Assembly (NCBI GenBank): GCA_963707025.1
Contig: CAVPOM010000007.1
Span: 1-64,000, forward strand
DNA length: 64,000 bases
Direction of reading: 5' to 3'
From: an uncultured Verrucomicrobiae bacterium
Lineage (GTDB): Bacteria; Verrucomicrobiota; Verrucomicrobiia; Limisphaerales; Palsa-1400
In this document: one piece after another, positions 1 through 10,590 of the stretch
How the letters are laid out: each line of letters starts with the position of its first letter
Position numbering within the stretch: position 1 is the first letter of the stretch
Translations under genes and position numbers: made by a program
Notes under the pieces: generated by a model
The model's input: only the letters and a program-made list of their open reading frames with translations
What the model was told of the DNA's origin: nothing
The model's database searches: none

Positions 1-20
1 GGAATCGAACCCTCGTCTCA
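1..20 (-). mobile_element. 3' T-arm fragment of a tmRNA/tRNA gene, probable att-site duplication (cut by window edge)
   Basis: Reverse complement reads TGAGACGAGGGTTCGATTCC (T-loop GGTTCGATTCC). The sequence upstream on that strand is AT-rich and shows no tRNA/tmRNA body. Confidence 0.5.
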
Positions 21-40
21 TATCTTTTTGCGCCATTGAT

Positions 41-53
41 TATCAAGCATTTA
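41..53 (+). promoter_or_regulatory. IHF-type binding site
   Basis: TATCAAGCATTTA matches the consensus WATCAANNNNTTR exactly and lies next to the att-like fragment. Confidence 0.5.
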
Positions 54-403
54 CAAATTGGCATAGTACAAGCCTTTCATAATTTGGGCAAACAATTCCT
101 TTAATGACTAAGTTTTAAATCCCGCCGGCTGATACCTTCTTCCCAAGGGGCTGGCTGAGAATATCATGTAACTGGATCTGCTTTATATCTTTACAAACTT
201 AAGATAATGTGATACTCCGACCATCGCTACGGACAGCGAGTCGCTGACCGAGTTCACCCAACGAAACATCCCGGCCATGATCCATGCCGCCACCAGAATC
301 GCAGAAACACAGGCGGCAACCCAATGCTCCATGATTTCTAATTTTGGAGTTGTATTTTTTTCGCGAATTGCGAATTAATGCGATAACGACAAACCAGAGA
401 CGG

Positions 404-3400
404 ATGAAACTCATGGACCATTGCCGGGCAATCAGATTATCCATGGTCTTCGCCTATGTAATGGAGAGCCCGGTATCAGCGGTCTTTGCGCAGAGTGATC
501 CGTCGTTCAATGCCCGGGTGGATCAGGCGGTTTACTCCATGATGGTGCAGCCGGATGAAACGATCCTCGTGGGTGGCCAGCTCACATTGCTGGACGGTGT
601 GCCGCGCCATCACCTCGGCCGTCTCAATGGTGACGGTTCGTTGGACACCGCCTTCAATCCCGGTGCGAGCGATGTCGTTTATGCCTCGGTCCTTCTGACC
701 AACGGCCAGATGCTGGTCGGCGGAAACTTTACCAATCTGGCCGGACAGCCGTGCCGCCGGCTGGCCGGCTCAATACCAATGGCACACTGGACACCACCTT
801 CAATCCGGCCCCGGATGGCGATGTTTGTGCGCTGCTCCTGCAGAGTGATGGCAAGCTTGTCGTGGGGGGAAATTTCGCCACGCTGGCCGGCCAACCGCGG
901 AATGGCATCGGGCGGCTGAATGCGGACGGTTCGCCCGATGGCACCTTCAGCGCGGACGCCGGCAGCGTGGTTTACACCCTGGCGATGCAACCGGACGGGA
1001 AAATTCTGGTGGGCGGAGCGTTCCTCATTTTCAACGGGCAATTGACCAGCTTTGTTTGCCGGTTGAACACCAACGGCACTTCGGACACGAACTTCGTGGC
1101 CTCGGCGGGGAATTATGTTTATTCGCTGGCGGTTCAGGCCGACGGCAAGATTCTGATGGGAGGCCTGTTTACCTCCATGAACGGCCAGACGCGAAACAAC
1201 CTCGCGCGGGTCAACACCGATGGTACTCTCGATACCAATTTCACCACCGGTGTCAATTCAGACATAGATTCTTTGGTGGTCCAAAGCGATGGCCGGATTC
1301 TGGTGGGGGGCAGTTATTCACAATTGGGCGGGCAAGCCCTGAACGGTCTGGGGCGGCTCAATGCCGACGGCTCCGTGGACACGGGGTTTAATCCTGGCGT
1401 CGGAGGGACCTATTCGGTCGCGATACAAAGAGACGGGGAAATTCTTTGTGCGACGTACTACACACTGACGCGGCTGACCAATACCCCCGTCACCGAATCA
1501 CTGACCTATACCAACTCAACCATCACCTGGTTGCGCGGCGGCGGGAGTCCGGAAGCCTGGCGCACAACGTTTGAAAGCTCCACCGACCTCACCAATTGGG
1601 TCAGTCTCGGCGCGGGCTCGCGCATCGCAGGCGGCTGGCAGTGCCTGGGCGTTTCCGCACCCGGCAACGCCCATATCCGCGCGCATGGTTTCGTGACGGG
1701 CGGATTCTTTGACTCTTCACAATCGTACGTCGAGGCGTTTGCCGGGCCAGTGGTTGTCCTGACCCAACCCGCCAGTCGCACCAACAACGCCGGCACGACG
1801 GCTACGTTCACCGTTCAAGCCGATGGTTCGCCGACACTGGTTTATCGCTGGCGCACGAATGGAACCAATCTGTCGGATGGCGGCAATCTGTCCGGCGCTG
1901 CCCAGGCCACGCTCACGCTGACCAACGTATTGCGCGCGGATGCCGCGGCGTATTCGGTGATTGTCAGCAACAACTTCGGCGCCGTCACCAGCGCGGTGGC
2001 AAACCTGACCGTCATTGATCCGTTCATCTCCAGTGCGCCGGCCAATCAATATGTTGACGCCGGCCAGAGCGCGCTGTTCAGCGTGTCCGCCACGGGCACG
2101 ACCTTGAATTACCAGTGGCTCCAGAATGGCGTCTCGCTGTCCGGCCAGACGAATGCATTACTGACGTTGACGAATGTTCAAGGCTCGGATTCTGGCAGCC
2201 TGTTCAGCGTGGTGGTAAGCAACTCGTTTGGATCGGTCACGAGTTCTTTAGTAGTATTGACAGTAAATGCCGCCACCGCGGATTCCTTGGCCACGGTTCC
2301 CAACTACCCGGTTCGTTCCATGGCGGTCCAGCCGGATCGAAAAATTCTGATGAGCGGCCTTTTCTCAGGCGTGAACGGCCAGACGCAGGCAGGCATCGCG
2401 CGATTGAACAGCGACGGCAATCTCGATACCAACTTTTCCGCAGGTCTGCTGGGTATTCCCTATTCCACGGGCGATCCCCTCGTGGCATTGCAAACTGATG
2501 GCAAAATCCTGCTCGCCGGGGGCATCTCCTCCGTGGACGGCGCGCCGCGAAATCGCCTGGCGCGGCTGTATCCAGATGGCAGTCTTGATGCCGCCTTCAA
2601 TCCGGGGGCAGACGATGATATTTACGCAATGACCGCGCAGCCCGACGGGAAAATCGTGGTCGGCGGCAACTTCACCAACCTGGCGGGACGGATGTGCAAC
2701 CGGATTGGACGGCTCAACGCGGACGGCACCCTGGACACCAATTTCAACGCGGCCGCGGATGGGCCGGTTTACGCCATCGCGTTGCAGGCGGACGGAAAAA
2801 TACTTGTCGGCGGTAACTTCACGAATCTGGCCGGACAATGGCGCACAAACATTGGACGCTTCAACGCCGACGGCACGCCGGACCTGGGTTTTAATCCCGG
2901 CGCGAATGGCACGGTCAACGCCATCGCCGTGCTGACGAACGGGAGCATTGCGTTTGGCGGCGATTTCACTTCGCTGGCCGGGCAGCCGCGCAATTACATT
3001 GGCAGGCTGGACACAAACGGCGCGCCCGATGCCGCCTTCAATCCGGGTTTGGACGGGCCGGTTGAATCGCTCGCCGTGCAGGTGGATGGCAGACTGCTTT
3101 TAGGCGGCACTTTCACCGTCGTGAGCGGCGTGAGCCGGACCAACCTCGCGCAGCTCAATAGTGATGGCAGCGCGGACGCGACCTTCAATCCGAATGCGAA
3201 CAACTCGGTGAGTTGCGTGGCCGTTCAGCCGGATGGAAAAGTGATCGTGGCCGGCTCGTTCGATTTATTGGATGGACAGCCGCGGCAATATATTGGCCGG
3301 CTGAATAGGTACAGCCAGCGCGACGAACAATCTCACATTCAATTCAACGGCCATAACATGGCAAAGATCGGGCGCAGGGCCAGAGGTCTGGCAGACGGCC

Positions 3401-6400
3401 TTCGCGGCCACCACCAACGGCACGGATTGGGTGCGGCAGACCGGGAGCAGGGTTGCCGGTGGATGGCAGGCCACGGGATTTAACCTCACCAGCAATGCCA
3501 CAGTCCAGGCGCTCGGTTTCGTGGCGGGCAGCAGTGACGGCTCGAGCTGGTTTGTGGAAAACATCATCGGCCCCGCTGTGATTCTGACCCAACCCGCGAG
3601 CCAGACCAACAACCCTTTCACCCTTGCCACCTTCACCGCCAGTGCCGCCGGCCAGGAGCCACTTGGCTATCAATGGCTCAAGAACGGCATCGGACTCAAC
3701 GACGGCGGAAACATCGCCGGCGCTTACACCTCGAGCTTGAGCGTCAGCAACGTGCTTGGCGGAGACATGGCATCTTATCAGGTCGTGGTCAGCAATATGT
3801 TTGGCAGCGTCACCAGCGCAGTCGCGGCGCTGACGGTGCTTGACCCGTTGCTCACCATTTCGCCGAGCAACCAGACCGCCAATGGCGGCCAGGCCATCAC
3901 GTTCAACGCCGGGGCCATTGGCACGGTCCCGTTGCATTGCCAATGGATCAAAGGCGGCACTAACCTGACCGACGGCGGGAATGTAACCGGAGCGCAGACG
4001 CCGGCGCTTACCCTGGCCAATGTCCTGGGCGGTGACGCGGGCGGGTATCAAGTCATCGTCACCAATGTTTGGGGCAGCGCGACCAGCATCGTGGCCAGAC
4101 TGAGCGTGCTTGAACCGCTGATCAGCACAAATCCCGTGAGCCAGTTTGTGCAGCGCGGCCAAACTGTGAACTTTAGCGTCTCAGTGTGGGCAACCCCGCC
4201 CGTGAGTTACCTCTGGCGCAACGACGGCGTCATCCAGCCTGGCGCGACGAATGCCTCCCTAATCTTGACAAACGTACAGGGCACAAACGCGGGAGGGTAC
4301 GATGTGGTGGTCAGCGATGCGTTTGGCAGCGTCACCAGCCTGGTAGCCGCGTTAGTCATCAACCTGGCCACGGCCGATTCCTGGAATCCCGGCGCCAATG
4401 GCTCCGTGAACGAACTGGCCATCCAAGCCGACGGCAAGATCGTCGTGGGCGGGAGTTTCACGACGCTCGCCGGGCAGGCGAGCACGAACCTCGGCCGGCT
4501 GCAACGCCTATGGGGCTCTCGACGCCGCCTTTAACTCCGGCGCCAACGGGCTGGTCACCGCCTTGGGCATACAGGCGGACGGCAAGATCGTCGTGGGAGG
4601 GAGGTTTACCACGCTGGCCGGCCAGGCCTGCACGAACCTCGGCCGCCTCAACACGGACGGCACCTTGGACGCCGCGTTCAATCCCGGCGCGAACGCCGGC
4701 GTCAACACGGTGGCTATCCAAGCCGATGGCGAAATTCTAGTGGGAGGCATGTTCACTTCCCTGGGCGGACAGGGGCGCGCCTACATCGGGCGTCTCAATG
4801 CCAGCGGCGTCCTGGACACGAACTTCAATCCTGGCGCAGCAGGCACTCCTTACAGCCCCTATGTCAACTGCATCATCGTCCAGGGCGACGGCAAAATTCT
4901 TGTGGGTGGCTGGTTTCTCACCCTCGGCGGCCAGCCGCACGTCCACCTGGGCCGGCTCAATAGCGACGGAACCGCCGACGGCAAATTCAATCCGGATGCC
5001 AGTGGCGGCGCATATCCTTTTGTGAATTCCATGGCTCTGCAGGCTGATGGCAAAATCTTGGTGGGCGGCTATTTTAATTCACTGGCCGGCCAGGCGGCGA
5101 GCAATCTTGGCCGGCTCAACTCCGACGGCACCTCAGACACGAATTTCAACTGCGCCGCTGACAATTGGGTTTACGACTTGACAGTCCAGACGGACGGTAA
5201 AATCCTGGCGGGCGGTTTATTCTTGACATTGGGCGGGGAAACTCGCAATTACCTTGGCCGGCTGCAACACCGATGGCACGCCGGACAGCAGCTTCAATCC
5301 CGGGCCAATGCCGCGGTGAACTGCATGGGCCTGCAATCAGATGGCGGCGTTGTCGTCGCGGGAGCGTTCACGAACCTGAACGGCCAGGCGCGGGCCTTCC
5401 TCGGACGCCTCGACAACTCCGATGCGGCGACCCAGAGTCTGGCTTTCGACGGCACGAATCTTACCTGGCTGCGCGGCGGGACCAGTCCCGAGGTGTCGTT
5501 CACGCAATTTGAAACCTCGACCTCCGGAACGAACTGGACCGAATTGGGCGCGGGTCTGCGGGTTGCCGGCGGCTGGCAGTTGAATGGACTCGCCCTGTCC
5601 TCCAAGGCCACAATCCGTGCTCGCGGCTACACCTCGGGCGGGGGATATGAAAGCAGTTCCAGTTGGACTGTGGAGACTGTGATCGGGCCGCCGCTCTTTT
5701 CCCAGCAGCCGGTCGCGCGGACAAACAACGCCACCACCACGGCCTCCTTTACCGCGGTCGCCCTCGGTGGAGCGCCGCTGAGTTATCAGTGGCTCAAGAA
5801 CGGCGCCAACCTCCAGGATGGCGGAATCGTCTCCGGCGCGCTGACTCCGACGCTGATGCTGACCAACGTTTTTGGTGGCGATGCGGGCAGCTACTCCGTC
5901 ATCGCCAGCAACGCCGCCGGCAGCGTAACCAGCAGCGTCGCCGCGCTCACCGTCATCGATCCGCTTCTTACCAGCCAGCCGCTTTCGCTGGCGACGAATG
6001 CCGGTCAAACGGTGTCGTTCAGCGTCACCGTCATCGCCACGTCGCCACTTTCTTACCAATGGCGCCAAAATGGCACGAACCAGCCCGCCGGAACGAACGC
6101 ATTGCTGGTCATCACCAATGCCGAGGGTGCCGATGCTGGAAATTATGACGTCCTTGTCAGCAACGCCTTCGGCAGCGTGACCAGCATGGTGGCCTCATTG
6201 ACATTGAATCTGGCCGTGCCCGATTCGTTTAACCCGGGCGCGAATGGACCCATTGCCACATTGGCCGTGCAGCCGGACGGCGAAATTCTCGTTGGCGGTC
6301 AGTTTACCTCGCTGGGCGGGCAGGCGCGAACGAACATCGGCCGGCTCAATCCGGACGGGACCCTGGACGCTTCGTTCAATCCAAGCGCGGGGAGCGGCGG

Positions 6401-8003
6401 CATCCTTGAGAGTGTGTCCGGGTTGATGGTGCAGCCAGATGGGAAAATAGTCATCGCCGGAACGCGACAGAACCGGCAGACCCTCAACTTCCTCTTTCGG
6501 ATTGACAGCGCGGGGAATACAGATTCCAATTTCGTGACAGGATTCAGCGGGCCAGTCTATGCCCTTGCACTTCAGGGCGACGGAAAATTCTGGGCCGGCG
6601 GCGATTTTACGGTTGGGAAACCAGGTTTGACAACGGACCTCGCGCGGCTCAACACCGATGGCACTCTGGACACCAATATTGCGGTGATCGCCAATGGCAA
6701 CGTGGAAGCGTTGGCCGTTCAATCCGATGGCAGCCTGCTGGCCGGAGGCCTTTTTACCACGCTCGACGGAACGAACCGCAACCGCATCGCCCGGCTAAAT
6801 GCGGACGGCACGATGGACACCAACTTCAATCCAAACGCCAACAACACCGTCAACACACTCGTTGTGCAAGCCGACGGCAAAATCCTGCTGGGCGGAACAT
6901 TCACCACCTTGGCTGGAACCAACCGTAACCGCATTGCCCGGCTGAATGCGGACGGCACGATGGACACCAATTTCAATCCAAACGTCAATAATACCGTGAG
7001 TACACTAGGTTTGCAAACCGACGGCAAAATTCTGCTCGGCGGCAGCTTCACCACGGTGGGAGGATTGACCCGCAACCACATTGCGCGACTCAATCCGGAT
7101 GGTTCGGTTGACGCCGCGTTCAATCCGGGAGCCAATGCCTCGGTAAGCGCCCTTGCCATCCAAAGCGATGGCGCGATCCTCGTGAGTGGCGGTTCATTAG
7201 CAGGGGGCGGAATAACCGTTCTGGGCGGACTGGCACGCACGAATATCGGACGGCTGGCCAACAGCGATCCGGCGACACAAAACCTCTCCTTCAGCAACTC
7301 CACGGTGACCTGGCTGCGCGCCGGCACCAGCCCGGAAGTCTGGCGGACAACGTTCGAAACATCCACCGACGGCCAGAATTGGACGATGGCCGGATCGGGC
7401 GGCCGGATTGACGGCGGCTGGCAGCTTGGCGGGGTTATGGCCCCAACCAATATCAACATTCGGGCGCGCGGCTATTTGTCAGGAGGCCTGGACAACGGGT
7501 CTGCTTGGTTTGTGGAGAGCATCATCGGCCCGGCGCTGATTGTCCCACCAAAGATCCTGGTGACCGAGGGCGGCTTCGGTTTCGGACCGCAGTTTTTTGG
7601 ATTCAACGTTCAGGCAGTGGCTGGCCAAGTGGTGGTGATCGAGGCCTCCACCGACTTTGTCGTGTGGACACCCATTCAAACCAACCTCGTTGCAGCCAGC
7701 GGCATGTTCTCGTTCGTCGATCCGCAATCCGGCCTTTTCCCGCATCGCTTTTATCGCGCCCGGATTTATAGCGGCATTCTGCCCGCGCCGGTTTTCGGCG
7801 CCAATGGCATGGGCTTCATGACCAATGGATTTGGATTCAACCTCGCTGGCGTGGCTGGGCAGACTTTGGTCATCGAATGTTCGACCAACCTGTCAATCTG
7901 GACGGCGCTCGCCACCAACACCTTTGAATCTGGAGTGTTTTATTTCACCGACGCGGGCGCCACCAATTCGTCCTGTCGTTTCTATCGTGCGCGCTTGAAA
8001 TAG
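404..8003 (+). CDS. Giant (~2500 aa) secreted delta-60 repeat beta-propeller / Ig-like domain protein, split by apparent indels near 760, 3305, 4500, 5265 and 5300
   Basis: ORFs 344-919, 751-3483, 3431-4534 and 4563-8003 join into one architecture with many (Q)xDGKILVGGxF...RLNxDGxLDxxFNP repeats, Ig domains (LxYQWxKNG...YxVVVSNxFGSVTS) and two C-terminal STN/DxxxW...FYR domains. Start codon uncertain. Confidence 0.85.
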
Positions 8004-8563
8004 CCGTCATGGTGTCAGCGCGCCGCATCTTAGTTGACCAGCAAAATATCGCAAGAAACGGTGACGTAATCCACTCGAGACCCGGCCGACCATCTGGAGC
8101 CCGGCCATATTTGAGGAAAAGCTCGTCGTGCCCCCGGGAAGTTGCAAATGGAGCGAGAAGGGGGGCACAATTCCCCATATGGCAGCAAACGCCGGCGTCA
8201 TGCCAGAAACAGACCAAGAGTTTCGCGGATCCATGCCGCAATGCCAAGCGTCCCGCGAAGTGGCGCACAATGGAATTCTTTGGGAATCCCTTCCGGTTCC
8301 CGCGTTCGGAAATGTGTGTCGCACAATGGTGAAGGTCGCGACCGTTGCCATAAACCCAGCGGTAATGAGTTCTTCGTCGGAGACGACGCCAAACTCGGGT
8401 GGCACGCCTGCCCTTGCTTCGGGACTATCGCAAACAGAATCGAAGGGATCTTGAGTCAAATGGAATTCAAAGGAGAGATTCGGGAATCGAACTCAACGGG
8501 GTGGTGAACTCTGCGGTTGTCCCCGGCGGGACGCGGAATAATGGCGGTCGGCCCAAACGCGTT

Positions 8564-8937
8564 TTAGAACTTCACCTTTTGCGCCATCGCCTGACTGTGT
8601 TCGTTGCCCAGGTGGCCATAGGTTTTCATCGCCAGCGCCCCGCCGTCCGCATGCCCAAGCCAACGTGAGACCGTTGGAATGTCCACGCCCGACTCGAGAC
8701 AGCGGGTGGCGAACAAGTGCCGCAGGTCGTGATGGGTGATGCGGTTTCAAGACTTTGGCGAATGGCCTTGCTTTGGAATTTGGCTCGTGCAAAATATGTT
8801 CCCGTGCGAACGTACTGGAGCAAATTGGGAACTTTGGGGAAGGACCGCCACTTGCCGTCTTTGGACAAATGTTGGTCTCGCGGTGCTTTTGCGGCTTTTG
8901 CGCCTGCCATTGTCGTTTCCTGGATTTCGGTTTGCAT
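8564..8937 (-). pseudogene. Internally deleted tyrosine integrase
   Basis: The N-terminal arm-type segment (KWRSFPKVPNLLQYVRTGTYFARAKFQSKAIRQSLET) joins out of frame directly to the catalytic C-terminus RITHHDLRHLFATRCLESGVDIPTVSRWLGHADGGALAMKTYGHL...KVKF* (HxLRH, LGH, catalytic Y). Confidence 0.85.
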
Positions 8938-9025
8938 GACTGAATCCTGCGGGATGCAATGACGGATGCATTGACAAAATACGCAAGGTTCTATTTTGTT
9001 GTAAGTAGTTCATTTTAAGATTGTT

Positions 9026-9102
9026 GCCTCGGTAGCTCAGTTGGTCAGAGCAGTTGACTCTTAATCAATTGGTCGTGGGTTCGAATCCCTCCCGGGGCAC
9101 CA
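9026..9102 (+). tRNA. tRNA-Lys(CTT)
   Basis: Acceptor stem GCCTCGG/CCGGGGC, D-arm TAGCTCAGTTGGTCAGAGC, anticodon loop CTCTTAA, T-loop GGTTCGAATCC, encoded CCA. Confidence 0.95.
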
Positions 9103-9242
9103 CTTTTCCCCTCGGAAAAGTGAAAAGAGCAGCCAAACACCTCGTAAGCGGAAAAGCCATTTTATACGTTGTTTTATACGTTGTTTTTCCGACGGTGACG
9201 ATCGCCCAAGTGCGTGGGCTTAAAAGCCCTAAAATAACGCAT

Positions 9243-9563
9243 ATGCAAAATATCGTCACGAACATCGCGCCAAACACCGCCGAAACCGCAACCCCAACCA
9301 CCCTGCGCCCAGCACCTGGCCGATCCACCAGCGCGAACCCGATCTGGGTCGCAGAAGCTGACGGCATCTGGCGCAACACAAAAGCAAAGCAAAAATGGCT
9401 TTACGAGCGGCCGATCATCCGAGGCAAGGAAACCTTCAAGGCCTTGGGGACCAAAAGCCTCAAGTTGGCGAAGGAAGAGTTTGCCAGACGCATCACCCTT
9501 CGCACCCAGGGCACCGAGCCGACCGAGAAGGCCTCAAAGGCAACCACGGCCGGCGCCGTCATA
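9243..9563 (+). pseudogene. Probable N-terminal fragment of a second integrase
   Basis: Lies just downstream of the tRNA. GIWRNTKAKQKWLYERPIIRGKETFKALGTKSLKLAKEEF resembles an arm-binding three-stranded domain. The sequence switches abruptly to unrelated coding sequence near 9560. Confidence 0.5.
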
Positions 9564-9679
9564 TGGGCCGCTACGCGCTGGCCAGGCCCCAGGAGATCCT
9601 TTACGAAACCCATGGCACATGGATTGATGCCACTGCGGCGGCCAAGCTCGACGATGCCGGCGTATGGAACCGAGTTCGG

Positions 9680-10186
9680 GTCCGGTATCCGAGTTTTCTG
9701 GAGCAGGAACGCCATTTCAGCAAGGCGCAGGTCGGCAACACCGCCATCATCTACAATCTGGGCGCGGTGGCCGGGGGCGTGTGTTTCGGGCTTTTTTCCG
9801 ACCGGCTTGGGCGGCGGCGGAGCATGGCGCTGGCCTTGCTGCTGGCGGTGGGCGTGATCCCTCTCTGGTCGTCCGGCGCCACGGCCGCGTCCTTGGTGGC
9901 GGGGGCGTTTCTGATGCAATTCATGGTGCAAGGGGCGTGGGGGGTGATCCCGGCGCACATCACCGAGGTGTCGCCCAATGCGGTGCGGGGTTTCCTGCCG
10001 GGATTTGCCTACCAATGCGGCGTGTTGCTGGCTGGGAACGCGGCGCACGTCGAAGCGCAACTGTCCAAGGGCAGCACCTATTCCAACGCGATGGCCATGA
10101 CCGCCTTCACCGCCTTCTGTCTCGGCGCCATCGTCGTCGTTTTTGGACCGGAGCGCAAGGCAGCGGCGTTTGCGGCGGAGGCATAA
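9680..10186 (+). pseudogene. C-terminal half of an MFS transporter (sialate/lactate:H+ SHS-like)
   Basis: YPSFL..., motif A FSDRLGRRR, QFMVQGAWGVIPAHITEVSPNAVRGFLPGFAYQCG and terminal GPERK are present. The N-terminal six helices are missing. Confidence 0.8.
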
Positions 10187-10290
10187 CGGGATTGACGGCG
10201 TCGCATGCCGGACCTGAACCCCGCGCGCCTGGTCTTGCGCCGCCAAGATCGCGCCGGGCGGGAATGGCAGCGGAGCAGGACGTCTCCGGC

Positions 10291-10332
10291 TTCCCCTGTT
10301 TAGGTGATGGTGATGCTACCATGTTAGGTGAT
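10291..10332. promoter_or_regulatory. Tandem imperfect palindromic operator (TCACC-N6-GGTGAT type) upstream of GH78
   Basis: TTCCCC-TGTTTA-GGTGAT at 10291 and GCTACC-ATGTTA-GGTGAT at 10315, 24 bp apart. The same arrangement recurs at 15116. Confidence 0.6.
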
Positions 10333-10437
10333 GACCAAACATGAATTCCAGTTTATACTGGTGGCGGATCAAGCGAGCGGACCTGAAAGAAAGAACACAA
10401 TTGGCGCAACGGAACACCCGCGCTATAATTCAGACTG

Positions 10438-10486
10438 GGGGCAAGGATGCCCCCAGGACCGGCAGGCTGGAAGCCTGGCCTACGGC
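10438..10486. repeat. REP-like hairpin pair
   Basis: GGGGCAAGGATGCCCC followed by CAGGCTGGAAGCCTG..CCTAC (GTAG end on the minus strand). Confidence 0.5.
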
Positions 10487-10590
10487 GGGGGTGTCGAGTT
10501 ACGCCTGAACCCAATCCTGCCAACCATGATGGAGCGCGCCGGTCGTGTCCGATGCCAGCAATGACAAGCCTCTCCTGCTCAGTTTGGACT

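Noticed and set aside
6760..7040. Near-identical 150-bp duplication as a DGR template/variable repeat pair
   Set aside because: Adjacent in-frame delta-60 repeats with mostly synonymous differences that are not adenine-specific.
8007..8560. Overlapping small ORFs between the delta-60 gene and the integrase remnant
   Set aside because: No recognisable motif or convincing start in any frame.
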